Shown: piece by piece, positions 1 to 9,548 of the stretch
How the letters are laid out: each line of letters starts with the position of its first letter
How positions within the stretch are numbered: the first letter of the stretch is position 1
DNA from: Pinibacter soli
GTDB lineage: Bacteria > Bacteroidota > Bacteroidia > Chitinophagales > Chitinophagaceae
Reading direction: 5' to 3'
Assembly (NCBI RefSeq): GCF_029961145.1
Contig: NZ_JASBRG010000007.1
Span: 598,155 to 662,154, forward strand
Length of the DNA stretch: 64,000 nt
Made by a program: the position numbers and the translations under genes
Notes under the pieces: model-generated
Database searches by the model: none
What the model was told of the DNA's origin: nothing
What the model saw: the letters and a program-made list of their open reading frames with translations, nothing else

Positions 1-1534
1 TTGCATCAAGGTTCACCCGGTTGAATTTATTGTAATTAGGAATGTTACCCATTGCGTTTACCGTGTCGAAAGTGATTGCTGAAAATACCTGGTCGGTATG
101 TTGTCTGAAATAATCTACACCACCCACAAAACGATTTTTCAAATTCCCTATTTTGTTTTCACCAATAAAATTCTGTTGCAATTCTATCACCTGGTCGCTA
201 CTGTTATCCGACCGGAAATCGTTCCTTGTAATATAGCCATTTCCAACATCGGACGGATTGCCACTGATGGCGGAGTTTGGTAATAAATATATGAATGTAG
301 AAGGCCCGTTAGATGCACTGTTGGTAATAGAGAAATTTGTTTGCGAACGCCATTTGCCAGAAAAATTGTAGTTCATCTGTCCAAAAAAGTTGGCAATATT
401 CGATGTCTGGTACAGATCGTTGGTCAGGTAAGAACGTTTGTAATCAACCTTCAACTGATCGGCTCTATTTGCTCCCAACGATGCGATGGGCGTGCCATAA
501 ATAAACGACCAAAGTGGTGCCGCGGTATTGCGTCCTGAATAAAACTCAGCATCAAATGAGAATGACAATTTATCATTCACTTTGTAGGAAAGACTTGGTG
601 CCAATACAATGTTTCTGCTGAAACCGGCATCCTGAAAACTGCCTTCATAGTTGTAAGCAGCGTTCACACGCAGCAACACATTGTGCGCAGAATCAAGCGG
701 AGTATTAACATCCGCACTAAAACGGTTGAAGTTATAGCTGCCACCTGCATAACTGATCTCACCACCAAACCTGTCATACGGTTTCTTGGTAATACGGTTG
801 ATCAAACCACCATACGAAGTCAACGTGCTACCAAACAATGTGGCAGAAGGCCCTTTGATCGCTTCTATTCTTTCAAGGTTCGCGGCATCTACCTGGTTGG
901 AAACATTGCCCGCAACACCATTGCGCAGTTTACTTTGCAATACAAAACCACGAGAATTGTAGTAAGTGCCCCCGTCGCCGCCGCGTCCTGTGGCCTGCCA
1001 CATCTTGCTGATGCCGGTTGCGTTTTTCATTCCCTCATCTACAGAAAAAATCAGCTGATCATCCATCAAAGCCTTTGTGATGGTAGTATAGACCTGGGGA
1101 TTCTCCATGTTTTTCAAAGGCATCTTTGAAACGTAATCGCTGGTTTTCCTGGTGAATTTATTTCTACCACCAACCACTATCACTTCCTGCAACTCTTTGC
1201 CGGAAGTAGTGAGTTGAATAGTTATGTGAACATCCTTATTCTCCACTTTTACCTGATGTGTAGCGGGACTGTGCCCAACCAATGAAACCTCCAGTTCGTA
1301 AGTGCCTGGAACTATATTGAAAAAAGAGAAAACACCATCGTCATCTGTAATGGCGCTTTTATTTGTCCCCTTCATTATTACGGTTACATAAGCGGCCGGC
1401 TTGTTGTCTGCTGTGGTAACCTTTCCTTTAATGGTTACTCCATTTTCGTTGCCCCCTGCATGGGCAAAAAGAAAGGCAAAAAGTAGTAAGCAGGCAGTTG
1501 ATAGTTTTGTGATAAATCGTGATACGGGGGTCAT
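1..1534 (-). CDS. TonB-dependent outer membrane receptor; 3' end runs off the window edge, so it is partial
   Basis: Own translation of the minus strand starts at the ATG whose reverse complement lies at 1532-1534: MTPVSRFITKLSTACLLLFAFLFAHAGG. This is a signal peptide. It is followed by a carboxypeptidase-regulatory-like segment (VTIKGKVTTADNKPAAYVTVIMKGTNKSAITDDDGVFSFFNIVPGTYELEVS) and a plug/barrel-like region (GFVLQSKLRNGV, IEAIKGPSATLFGS). It is absent from the ORF track because no stop falls inside the window. The plus-strand ORFs at 98-1129 are its antisense. Confidence 0.8.
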   Translation of the reverse strand, partial: MTPVSRFITKLSTACLLLFAFLFAHAGGNENGVTIKGKVTTADNKPAAYVTVIMKGTNKSAITDDDGVFSFFNIVPGTYELEVSLVGHSPATHQVKVENKDVHITIQLTTSGKELQEVIVVGGRNKFTRKTSDYVSKMPLKNMENPQVYTTITKALMDDQLIFSVDEGMKNATGISKMWQATGRGGDGGTYYNSRGFVLQSKLRNGVAGNVSNQVDAANLERIEAIKGPSATLFGSTLTSYGGLINRITKKPYDRFGGEISYAGGSYNFNRFSADVNTPLDSAHNVLLRVNAAYNYEGSFQDAGFSRNIVLAPSLSYKVNDKLSFSFDAEFYSGRNTAAPLWSFIYGTPIASLGANRADQLKVDYKRSYLTNDLYQTSNIANFFGQMNYNFSGKWRSQTNFSITNSASNGPSTFIYLLPNSAISGNPSDVGNGYITRNDFRSDNSSDQVIELQQNFIGENKIGNLKNRFVGGVDYFRQHTDQVFSAITFDTVNAMGNIPNYNKFNRVNLDA

Positions 1535-1757
1535 TCTTCTGAATTTGGGTGCAAAAGTCCTTAAAGTCAACTTATTACAACTCCGAAATAGGGAAAAAGG
1601 TTTTACGCAATGCGGAAAAAAGCAAACGCGTCAGGGTCAGGCGGCCTGACAATTAGCACCTACTCCTTTGATCGTTTTAAATTTTCGACAAAAACAATAG
1701 TAAATTGAAATTCAGTCTTTAGTGTGTGAGTGAAACATCTTTGGCTTTGCACATTCA

Positions 1758-1785
1758 GTAGAGACAAGGCACTGCCTTGTCTATG
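1758..1785. repeat. Palindromic repeat GACAAGGCA(N)TGCCTTGTC, copy 1
   Basis: gtagagacaaggcactgccttgtctatg. The core is a perfect palindrome. The same unit recurs at 1844-1872 and 12670-12697. Confidence 0.7.
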
Positions 1786-1843
1786 AAATTCAGGTTTTAA
1801 CCTTTGATCGCGATGTTATAGATATTTGCGCGAGGGTGCTGGC

Positions 1844-1872
1844 AAGACAAGGCAATGCCTTGTCTCTACTGG
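1844..1872. repeat. Palindromic repeat GACAAGGCAATGCCTTGTCTCTAC, copy 2; overlaps the coaE stop codon
   Basis: caagacaaggcaatgccttgtctctactgg. The CTA at 1866-1868 is the reverse-complemented TAG stop of coaE. It is in inverted orientation relative to copy 1, with about 60 bp between them. Confidence 0.7.
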
Positions 1873-2456
1873 CCACTGGCCGCCAAAAAATTCTCATGCA
1901 AACTTAGCACTTGCTCAATCACCGGATGCTGCTCATCGTTGATGATCACGTAGTCGCACAAACGCATTTTAATTTCTTCGTTGATTTGGTTTTGCATTCT
2001 TTTCAGCACTTCTTCGCGGGTTACATTATCACGCTGCATGATGCGGTGGATGCGCATTGCCTTGGGCGTGTACACTCCTATCATGATGTCGATACCTTCC
2101 TGAGAGCCGCTTTCGAAGAACAACGCGGCTTCTTTGATGGCGTACGGCGTGGTTTGTTTTTGCATCCATTCGCTGGCGTAGCGGATGGCTTCCGGATGCG
2201 TGACGCTGTTGAGGAAAGCTAGTTTTTCTTTATCGTTGAATACTTGGCTGGCAATGAATTTTCTATTGAGCACTTCGCCGGTATACGCTTCTGCTCCAAA
2301 ATATTCGCTGAGCTTTTGCCGGATAACCGGAGATTCGTTCATTATATTTTTTGTTGCATCATCTGCATAAAACACAGGAATACCAAGCACTTCGAAAATT
2401 TTCGAAGCAGTGCTTTTACCGCTTCCTATGCCACCAGTAATTCCGATTTTCAACAT
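1866..2456 (-). CDS. coaE: Dephospho-CoA kinase
   Basis: MLKIGITGGIGSGKST P-loop plus dephospho-CoA kinase fold (YADDATKNIM...; VTHPEAIRYA). The ORF track opens at 2534, but the conserved N-terminus begins at the internal Met, so start is about 2456. Confidence 0.85.
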   Translation of the reverse strand: MLKIGITGGIGSGKSTASKIFEVLGIPVFYADDATKNIMNESPVIRQKLSEYFGAEAYTGEVLNRKFIASQVFNDKEKLAFLNSVTHPEAIRYASEWMQKQTTPYAIKEAALFFESGSQEGIDIMIGVYTPKAMRIHRIMQRDNVTREEVLKRMQNQINEEIKMRLCDYVIINDEQHPVIEQVLSLHENFLAASGQ

Positions 2457-2651
2457 AGAATCTTTTTTAAAAGTTTGCCACTGAGACACAGAGAAAACTG
2501 AGAAATGATAATAAATATTACAGAACCCCAGCACGTCAACGGCATAAGCTTTCTGTTTTGAAAGTTTGCCAAGGAGGCACAGAGAAAAACGAATATGGAA
2601 TAAAGCTAAGAATATTAATAATTCCTCTGTTCCTCAGTGCTTCTGTGGCAA

Positions 2652-2684
2652 TAAAAAACCGGAACCACTCAAAGTAATTCCGGT
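2652..2684 (-). terminator. Rho-independent terminator downstream of yajC
   Basis: Minus strand reads ccggaattactttgagtggttccggttttttatt. Stem is ccggaa/ttccgg followed by a T-run. Confidence 0.5.
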
Positions 2685-2708
2685 CGATAATATAAAACTG
2701 CCGAGCAA

Positions 2709-3032
2709 TTATTTCGCTGGAGTTGGATTGTTCTGTTGTTTAGACCACTCAAGGCTGATAGCACTTTTCTCGATCTTCATAGTGCTTCCAGGGCTTGTTT
2801 CGATAATGATGGTGCCATCTTCGTTCACTTTATTTACAATACCGTGAATACCTGCAATGGTAACGATCTTGTCACCTTTCTGCATGCCTTCCTGGAATTT
2901 TTTTGCATCTTTTGCTTTTTTAGCCTGTGGGCGAATCATGAACAGCCAGAACACCAATATCATACCTCCCAATAAAACCAATTGAAGCGTGCCGCCTCCC
3001 GCTGGTGCCTGTAGTAAAGTCAGATTTGTCAT
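2709..3032 (-). CDS. yajC: Preprotein translocase subunit YajC
   Basis: 107 aa with one TM helix (LVLLGGMILVFWLFMIRPQ) and KKFQEGMQKGDKIVTIAGIHGIV, matching the YajC family. Confidence 0.85.
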   Translation of the reverse strand: MTNLTLLQAPAGGGTLQLVLLGGMILVFWLFMIRPQAKKAKDAKKFQEGMQKGDKIVTIAGIHGIVNKVNEDGTIIIETSPGSTMKIEKSAISLEWSKQQNNPTPAK

Positions 3033-3138
3033 TGTTTGTTTTATTTATTAATTCAAAATTCAAAAGTTAAAAGCCAAAATGTTGACCGCCTTGCAGCGAA
3101 ACACAGTTTTTGACTTCTTAATTTTTACTTTTTACTTT

Positions 3139-3603
3139 TTACTTTTTCTTTTCCACTTCTACTTCAAAAACCAACTCATGCTCCTGCGTGCCTTTCGTAT
3201 TTGCAGTTACATAAAGGGTTTTGTGTTGCATGCCGGATTTTCCTTCACTATTGAAAGAAGCTTTGATCAAACCTTCTGCTCCCGGAGCGATTGGCTCTTT
3301 CGGAGGGTCTGCCACTGTACAACCGCAGCTCGGCTGAACGCGTGAAATGACCAAAGGTTTGTCTCCTGTATTTTTAAAAGCGAAGCTTACATCCAGTTTT
3401 TGACCTTCTGTAATTTTGTCAAATTTCTTGTCCTGTTCTTTCCACTCTATAGTAGTAAACATCGCAGAATCCATTTTCAATGGGCCATTTTGTTTCATTC
3501 CGCCGGTCATATCGTGAGAGTGTGCCTCTTTCGATTTACAACCAACAGCCAGTAAGGTACAAACTGACATTATTAGCAAATAACGCATGGTGTTTTTTTG
3601 CAA
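3139..3603 (-). CDS. DUF1573-domain lipoprotein
   Basis: Signal peptide plus lipobox (LLAVGCKS) and PLVISRVQPSCGCTV, typical of DUF1573. The nusB/DUF1573/yajC neighbourhood is conserved in Bacteroidetes. Confidence 0.7.
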   Translation of the reverse strand: MQKNTMRYLLIMSVCTLLAVGCKSKEAHSHDMTGGMKQNGPLKMDSAMFTTIEWKEQDKKFDKITEGQKLDVSFAFKNTGDKPLVISRVQPSCGCTVADPPKEPIAPGAEGLIKASFNSEGKSGMQHKTLYVTANTKGTQEHELVFEVEVEKKK

Positions 3604-3626
3604 ATGTAATGGATTTGATTTTTCAA

Positions 3627-4550
3627 CTACTTCTTGAAGTTGACTTTGTGTAATTTGTTTTCCTTCACCAGATCTTTGTGAATATTGTCCAAAATACCGT
3701 TCACAAACTGGCCGCTTTGCGGGGTGCTGTATTCTTTCGCCAGGTCAATGTATTCATTGATTGTTACTTTGGCAGGAATGGTTTCAAAATACAAAAGTTC
3801 GCACACGCCCATCTGCATCATGATCATGTCCAAAGTGGCGATACGCTCAGGGTCCCAGTTCTTTAATTTTGGCGTGATAAGATCCATCGTCACGTCTTTT
3901 TTATCCAGAACAGTTTCGGTCAGACTCTTGGCATATTGCCATTTATCTTTCGAGAGCATTTCCTGAAAATTAAATGAACCAGGTTTTTGTATATAACTCA
4001 TAACTAGCATGTTGATCATATCACAATCATCATCCCAGTTGGAGAAAATCTCTTCTAAATGATCTGTATACGCTTCGTTTGGAAGCAATAAATCGCTGAA
4101 AATAAATTGCAGTATTTCTTTTTCAGACTTTGTTTGTCTGCCTTCTGCGTGAATATATTGTTGGTATTCCGGTTTTTCAACCAGCTCGAGGTAGAATTTG
4201 CGTACCACATTTTTATCCAGCATTGCAGCGATCATGTCTTCACTCAGTGCCTTTTGGTAGCTACTGTCCTCAATAATTTTCCAGATGATTTCGTTGCCCG
4301 CCAGCTTGGTATTTACATTCATGTCCTCTGCTGAAGGCAAATGTTTAGAAGCTTTTTGGTGAGCGTCTATTTCAGCATATCGCGCAAGTTCTGACAGGAA
4401 ATGGATGTTGTAAACTAATAATTGTCTCGTTAAATCAAATTGCTTTTGGAGTAGCCTCGCTGCTTCGCCGGGTTTAAGATCCTGATCTTTAGTATCTATC
4501 ACATAAAGCGTCTGCATGACTTTTACCCGGATATTTCTTCTACTGATCAT
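3627..4550 (-). CDS. nusB: Transcription antitermination factor NusB, long Bacteroidetes form
   Basis: MISRRNIRVKVMQTLYV... NusB N-terminal signature. The 307 aa length is typical of Bacteroidetes NusB. Confidence 0.8.
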   Translation of the reverse strand: MISRRNIRVKVMQTLYVIDTKDQDLKPGEAARLLQKQFDLTRQLLVYNIHFLSELARYAEIDAHQKASKHLPSAEDMNVNTKLAGNEIIWKIIEDSSYQKALSEDMIAAMLDKNVVRKFYLELVEKPEYQQYIHAEGRQTKSEKEILQFIFSDLLLPNEAYTDHLEEIFSNWDDDCDMINMLVMSYIQKPGSFNFQEMLSKDKWQYAKSLTETVLDKKDVTMDLITPKLKNWDPERIATLDMIMMQMGVCELLYFETIPAKVTINEYIDLAKEYSTPQSGQFVNGILDNIHKDLVKENKLHKVNFKK

Positions 4551-4600
4551 ATGCTGTAAGAACTATTTGAACGCGCAAAGCTAAGGCATAAAAGGCATAA

Positions 4601-4781
4601 TTTGAAAATGTGAAAATATGAAAATGTGAAAATGCTGAAAGTCCGATATTCATTATCCATGCTTGTACCCACACTATCATTTAATAATGACACCAAAGAA
4701 TAACCGCCATCTGAAGAAAATGACCAGCCTTCAGAATTTTCACATTTCTCACATTTTCATATTTCCACATTAACAGCAGGT
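4601..4781. repeat. Inverted arrays of the TGAAAAT(G/A) octamer flanking about 100 bp, in the nusB-groES divergent intergenic
   Basis: 4601-4637 reads tttgaaaatgtgaaaatatgaaaatgtgaaaatgctgaa. 4740-4781 reads tcagaattttcacatttctcacattttcatatttccacat. The two are reverse complements of each other with a few mismatches. Confidence 0.6.
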
Positions 4782-4950
4782 GCCAAAATTTCACATTCCC
4801 AAGTGCCTTTCCCACCCACAGAACTGCCAACTCTTCTTTTTTCCAACATTTTGAACCTATTGGCACGTAATTCGTTTAGTTTTGTGCCGAACCAAAAAAC
4901 AGGGCTAAACGGGCCCTTTGTAATAGTTTATCTATAAAAACACAAACATT

Positions 4951-5232
4951 ATGGCTAAGAAGCTAAGCATTACTCCTTTGCACGACAGAGTTGTTGTAAA
5001 ACCAGCTCCTGCTGAAGAAAAAACTGCCGGCGGCATCATTATCCCTGACACAGCGAAAGAAAAACCACAACGCGGAACCGTAGTGGCTGCGGGTCCTGGT
5101 AAAAAAGACGAGCCTGTAACTGTAAAAGTTGGCGATACTGTTTTGTATGGCAAATACGCAGGTACAGAATTGAGCGTGGAAGGTAATGACTACCTGATTA
5201 TGAGAGAGAGTGACATTTTGGCCATCGTTTAA
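4951..5232 (+). CDS. groES: Co-chaperonin GroES
   Basis: [50 protein letters not shown] is a canonical GroES sequence. Confidence 0.95.
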   Translation: MAKKLSITPLHDRVVVKPAPAEEKTAGGIIIPDTAKEKPQRGTVVAAGPGKKDEPVTVKVGDTVLYGKYAGTELSVEGNDYLIMRESDILAIV

Positions 5233-5255
5233 ACGATGCCCAAAAAATTGAAAAT

Positions 5256-5395
5256 GTGCTAATATGTAAATTTGAAAATGCTTTCTGTGTATCATTCCGG
5301 ATTCGTTCAAAGCTTCTCGAATTTCCAAAGCAATTTCAAATCATCTCGCACCTCAATTTTCAAATCTTCAAATTAAAAATTTTCAAATTACAAAT
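5256..5395. repeat. TGAAAAT/TTTCAAA repeat tract between groES and groEL
   Basis: Contains gaaaatgtgctaatatgtaaatttgaaaatgc, and further on ttttcaaatcttcaaattaaaaattttcaaattacaaat just before the groEL ATG. It carries the ATTAGCA-ATTTTCAA motif shared with the repeats that flank the RAYT. Confidence 0.5.
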
Positions 5396-7033
5396 ATGGC
5401 TAAGCAAATCTATTTCGATATCGAAGCTAGAAATAAAATGAAGAAAGGCGTTGACACTTTGGCCAACGCAGTTAAAGTAACACTTGGACCAAAAGGTCGC
5501 AACGTGGTAATCGAGAAAAAATTCGGTGCTCCTGCTATCACTAAAGATGGTGTAACGGTTGCAAAAGAAATTGAACTGGAAGACCCAATTGAAAACATGG
5601 GTGCTCAGATGGTGAAAGAAGTAGCATCTAAAACTGCTGATATTGCAGGTGACGGTACTACAACTGCTACTGTTCTTGCACAATCCATCATCAGCGAAGG
5701 TCTGAAAATGGTAGCTGCGGGTGCAAACCCAATGGACCTGAAACGCGGTATCGACAAAGCGGTGAAAGCTGTAGTTGAAAACCTCGTTAGCCAGAAAAAA
5801 GATGTTGGCAACAACAACAAAATGATCGAGCAGGTTGCTACTATTTCTGCTAACAATGATAGCGAAATTGGTAAGCTGATCGCTATGGCTATGCAGAAAG
5901 TAGGTAAAGAAGGCGTTATCACTGTAGAAGAAGCAAAAGGCACCGACACAACTGTAGACGTTGTAGAAGGTATGCAATTCGACCGTGGTTACATCTCTCC
6001 TTACTTCGTTACCAACAGCGAAAAAATGGAAGCTGAATTGCAGAACCCATACATTCTTATTTACGATAAGAAGATTGCTGCAATGAAAGACATCCTTCAC
6101 ATTTTGGAGAAAGTTGCACAAAGCGGTCGTCCGTTAGTGATCATCTCTGAAGATCTGGAAGGTGAAGCATTGGCTACATTGGTGGTAAACAAATTGCGTG
6201 GTACCATTAAGGTTGCTGCTGTTAAAGCTCCGGGCTTTGGCGACAGAAGAAAAGAAATGTTGAACGATATTGCTATCCTTACTGCAGGTACTGTAGTGAG
6301 CGAAGAGCAAGGCTTTAAACTGGAGAATGCTGACCTTACTTACTTGGGCCAGGCTTCTTCTATCACTATCGATAAAGACAACACTGTTATCGTAGGTGGC
6401 AAAGGTAAAAAAGCGGATATCACTTCTCGCATCAACCAAATTAAAGCGCAAATCGAAAACACAACATCTGACTACGATAAAGAAAAACTGCAAGAGCGTT
6501 TGGCTAAATTGAGTGGTGGTGTTGCTGTATTGTACGTAGGTGCTGCTACAGAGGTTGAAATGAAAGAAAAGAAAGACCGCGTAGACGACGCTTTACACGC
6601 TACACGTGCCGCTGTTGAAGAAGGCATCGTGCCAGGTGGTGGTGTTGCTTACATCCGTGCTATCGCAAGTTTGGAAAAACTGAAAGGTATTACCAACGCA
6701 GACGAAGCAACTGGTGTAAACATCGTTAAACGTGCTATTGAAGAGCCTCTTCGCCAGATCGTTTCTAACAGCGGTATCGAAGGTTCTATCGTGGTACAGG
6801 CGATTAAAGAAGGTGAAGCTGACTACGGTTTCAACGCTCGCACTGAAACTTATGAATATATGTTTAAAGCGGGTGTTATCGACCCAACTAAAGTGAGCCG
6901 CGTAGCATTGGAAAACGCTGCTTCTATCGCTGGTATGTTGCTGACTACAGAATGTGTAGTAGCTGACAAACCAGAACCTAAAGCTCCTGCTGGTCCTGCT
7001 ATGCCAGGCGGTATGGGTGACATGGGTTACTAA
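5396..7033 (+). CDS. groEL: Chaperonin GroEL
   Basis: 545 aa. [40 protein letters not shown], and a C-terminal GGM-type tail PGGMGDMGY. Confidence 0.97.
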   Translation: MAKQIYFDIEARNKMKKGVDTLANAVKVTLGPKGRNVVIEKKFGAPAITKDGVTVAKEIELEDPIENMGAQMVKEVASKTADIAGDGTTTATVLAQSIISEGLKMVAAGANPMDLKRGIDKAVKAVVENLVSQKKDVGNNNKMIEQVATISANNDSEIGKLIAMAMQKVGKEGVITVEEAKGTDTTVDVVEGMQFDRGYISPYFVTNSEKMEAELQNPYILIYDKKIAAMKDILHILEKVAQSGRPLVIISEDLEGEALATLVVNKLRGTIKVAAVKAPGFGDRRKEMLNDIAILTAGTVVSEEQGFKLENADLTYLGQASSITIDKDNTVIVGGKGKKADITSRINQIKAQIENTTSDYDKEKLQERLAKLSGGVAVLYVGAATEVEMKEKKDRVDDALHATRAAVEEGIVPGGGVAYIRAIASLEKLKGITNADEATGVNIVKRAIEEPLRQIVSNSGIEGSIVVQAIKEGEADYGFNARTETYEYMFKAGVIDPTKVSRVALENAASIAGMLLTTECVVADKPEPKAPAGPAMPGGMGDMGY

Positions 7034-7057
7034 GATTTACAGATTTGATTTTCATAT

Positions 7058-7090
7058 GGGCCGGATCCGAAAGGGTTCGGCTTTTTTTTG
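7058..7090 (+). terminator. Rho-independent terminator after groEL
   Basis: gggccggatccgaaagggttcggcttttttttg: a short GC hairpin followed by a T8 run. Confidence 0.6.
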
Positions 7091-7312
7091 TGGTCGACGG
7101 CACATCCGAATATTATTAGTACATTTTATTCTTCTTAAGGGTAAAACACTTATCTTCATCAAGTTAAAAGTTATCGCTTGCACGTGACTGTGACCATCAC
7201 CTACCGCCCAATTGAAATTTGTAAACACGAAAATTCTCCCATGACGATGTCGCGTGTTTAAAAATTCACCACGACACTACATTAAATTAACAACCTAAAT
7301 TTAACTTTAACC

Positions 7313-8107
7313 ATGGAATGCCTAAACTGCAACAATCAATTACCAGACAAAGGATTTTTTTGCCCGACCTGCTCGAATCAATTTAAGTGCAAAAGTTGCG
7401 ATGGATTACTGCTAAAAGATGCAAAAGTTTGTATCTTTTGTGGAGAACAAGTAAATGGAAATAAATCCACCATTTCGAACACCAACACTATAGAATTTTC
7501 AGAAACAGAAAACTCCAGAACGTTCAAAGCAAACTTCACAGATACAGTCGGTCAAAGTATAAGCGACTCCTTTGGAATGTTTATAATGAATAAAATTACT
7601 AGTAAAAAGCCAGCGACTTTAGGGCAACCCAAAAGCTACCCCAATAATAGACTGGATTTAAGTGAACAGGAAGAAGCAGAGATTATTGAAGAACCTTCTG
7701 ACACATTAGAATTAAGACAACTGAAAAGTATTTTTAAATCTGATGGTGACAAAACAACATTATCAGAAACTCGATTAAAAGCTACATCAAAAAGAGATTA
7801 TGGAATAAGACTCTCCATAATATTCCTTTATTATAAACTCGTATTAGGCACTGAAAACGTACCAAGAAAAGAACTCACAGCTATTTTAGACAATGCAAGT
7901 GTGGAAGATGGCAACTTACGATATTGGCTCACAAACAACCCATTAATTGGAGTGTCTGGAGACTTAGTCGAGTTAAAAGCCCCCGGGAAAGATGCTGCAA
8001 AAAAATATTTGTCAGAAATAGCTAATAAAGAACTAAAGGACAAATGGCAGATTGGCACCTATTCAAAGGTATCAAGAAAACCAAAGGAGAAAAAAGATAA
8101 AAAATGA
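7313..8107 (+). CDS. Double zinc-ribbon domain protein, function unknown; first gene of a two-gene cassette
   Basis: N-terminus carries CxxC pairs (CLNC...CPTC...CKSC...CIFC). Then comes an S/T/E-rich linker and an uncharacterised C-terminal domain of about 100 aa. The stop overlaps the downstream start by 4 bp (ATGA at 8104-8107). Local base composition is clearly more AT-rich than the flanking groEL and RAYT regions. Confidence 0.6.
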   Translation: MECLNCNNQLPDKGFFCPTCSNQFKCKSCDGLLLKDAKVCIFCGEQVNGNKSTISNTNTIEFSETENSRTFKANFTDTVGQSISDSFGMFIMNKITSKKPATLGQPKSYPNNRLDLSEQEEAEIIEEPSDTLELRQLKSIFKSDGDKTTLSETRLKATSKRDYGIRLSIIFLYYKLVLGTENVPRKELTAILDNASVEDGNLRYWLTNNPLIGVSGDLVELKAPGKDAAKKYLSEIANKELKDKWQIGTYSKVSRKPKEKKDKK

Positions 8108-8898
8108 GTGATTTCTTTAATGAATTCTGTGATATCGCCAAAATATCCGGAAAACCTAAGTTTGAGGTTGTTTTAGCATTTGTTTGGTTTAACCAATATA
8201 AAACTAAACAGCATGATATCTCAATGAAGCAAATTAATCAATACTTTGTGGATGCGCATTTATCTGCCTATAATCCGACGTATTTAAAGCGAGACCTCAA
8301 CAAAAGTTCTAAAATCACAAAAGGTACGCAGAGAGACACCTACAAACTTAATAGGAAAACACTTGATGAGTTAAATAAAATCTATTTGCCGCAAATCGAG
8401 ACCGAGGTCTCATTAACGGAGCGGGCAAACATTAAAGTCACCCCGTTTTTAAAATCAGCAGATATAGACGATGCCAAAAAAATGGCCGAATTGTATATAA
8501 TTCTACATTGTTTAGAAAATTCCGTGAGAAATTTTATAGATGATGTGCTAACAAAAAAACTAGGTCCAAATTGGTGGGACACGGCTAAAAATGCTGAATT
8601 AGAAAAAAAGTTTAAAGAAAGAAAAGAAAAAGAAGCAAAAAGCAAATGGCTGAGTCCGAGAGGAAAAGCGTCAGCTCTTTTTTACATAGACTGGGGAGAT
8701 CTGGTAAAAATTATTAGAAAGTTTGAAAATGACTTTAAGCCATATATCGATGAAATGAAATTTGTCGAACTTCGACTTGAAGAATTGGAAAAGGTAAGAA
8801 ATATCATTGCTCACAACGGAGTACTACCTTCCAGTGATGACTTTGATAGGTTAATCTTGCATTTTAAAGATTGGTGCAAACAAGTTAATGAGACCTAA
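8104..8898 (+). CDS. HEPN-domain protein (Swt1-like HEPN, R-x4-H motif); putative RNase or abortive-infection effector
   Basis: The C-terminal ...ELEKVRNIIAHNGVLPSSDDFDRL contains the RN-x3-H HEPN catalytic motif. Upstream helices (MAELYIILHCLENSVRNFIDDVLTKKLGPNWWD) resemble the Swt1/Abi-type HEPN fold. Translationally coupled to 7313-8107. Confidence 0.6.
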   Translation: MSDFFNEFCDIAKISGKPKFEVVLAFVWFNQYKTKQHDISMKQINQYFVDAHLSAYNPTYLKRDLNKSSKITKGTQRDTYKLNRKTLDELNKIYLPQIETEVSLTERANIKVTPFLKSADIDDAKKMAELYIILHCLENSVRNFIDDVLTKKLGPNWWDTAKNAELEKKFKERKEKEAKSKWLSPRGKASALFYIDWGDLVKIIRKFENDFKPYIDEMKFVELRLEELEKVRNIIAHNGVLPSSDDFDRLILHFKDWCKQVNET

Positions 8899-8955
8899 GC
8901 TTCAATGTATCAAGTTGTGAAGCAAATAAGATAAAATCATAATCAAATTAACTGC

Positions 8956-9225
8956 ATGAATAATATTCTAACTCAAGACGTACAGCAAATAGTAAAAAAC
9001 AGCAACGCTCGTTTTTTTCTTATCATTTGGTCTTCATCACAAGGAGCCTTTTTTATTTACGAAAATGGAAGCATTCAGAATATTGAGTGCGGCCACATGG
9101 CATCGCCGGCAATTCATCGAGAACAAGCAATTCTTGTTTATAAAAAAGCTGTAGCTAAAGCAGAAGATCACGCAGACATTAAAGACGGACAAATCGATAT
9201 CTTGCCTATCCCAAGCTTTAAATAA
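8956..9225 (+). CDS. Small hypothetical protein (89 aa), third co-directional gene of the low-GC islet
   Basis: ORF of 89 aa, 57 bp downstream of the HEPN gene, in the same AT-rich composition. No recognisable motif. Confidence 0.4.
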   Translation: MNNILTQDVQQIVKNSNARFFLIIWSSSQGAFFIYENGSIQNIECGHMASPAIHREQAILVYKKAVAKAEDHADIKDGQIDILPIPSFK

Positions 9226-9283
9226 TTGTCTTCATCAAGGTTATACAAGCATGAACTTTTGGAACTGGATCATGCTTGTATTT

Positions 9284-9472
9284 TTACATCAGCTGACCTC
9301 CCTCCATCAACTTCTCCAACCTCGCAATCATTTCCTCTTTCTCTTTAAGCATCCTTTCATAAAGAGCAATTTTCTCTTCATGCAGTTCAACTATTTTTTC
9401 AATGGGATGAAATGTAGGATTGTAATTGATGCCGTTTAAAATAGCACCATGATCAAAAGTATTGGAGATCAT
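9284..9472 (-). CDS. Small hypothetical coiled-coil protein (62 aa)
   Basis: ORF with heptad-like charged helix (KIVELHEEKIALYERMLKEKEEMIARLEKL). Convergent with the islet genes. Could be spurious. Confidence 0.3.
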   Translation of the reverse strand: MISNTFDHGAILNGINYNPTFHPIEKIVELHEEKIALYERMLKEKEEMIARLEKLMEGGQLM

Positions 9473-9516
9473 ATTTACCGCTTGCTCGTCATCCAGATTT
9501 TGTTACGCGAAATGAA

Positions 9517-9548
9517 CTTTCAAATTAGCATATTTTCAAATTTTCAAG
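9517..9548. repeat. Left copy of a roughly 28-bp direct repeat flanking the RAYT/REP module
   Basis: ctttcaaattagcatattttcaaattttcaag. Compare 10567-10596, attttcaaattagcgtattttcaatttcag. Confidence 0.6.

Noticed and set aside
98-1129. Plus-strand ORFs of 61 to 148 aa in the first 1.1 kb
   Set aside because: They lie antisense to the long uninterrupted minus-strand TonB-dependent receptor reading frame (plug and barrel motifs). They are spurious.
4851-4890. Sigma-54-like TGGCACG-N4 element upstream of groES
   Set aside because: The -12 element TTGC is not matched (the sequence reads TCGT). A Bacteroidetes-type TAnnTTTG (tagttttg) at about 4877-4884 is a more plausible -7 box, but I cannot confirm either without TSS data.
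5360-6493. Long minus-strand ORFs (253, 114 and 119 aa) inside groEL
   Set aside because: Antisense to the unmistakable GroEL reading frame. This is a typical shadow-ORF artefact. The same applies to antisense ORFs inside asmA, topA, the RND permease, the GH20 gene, the T9SS protein and the flotillin gene.
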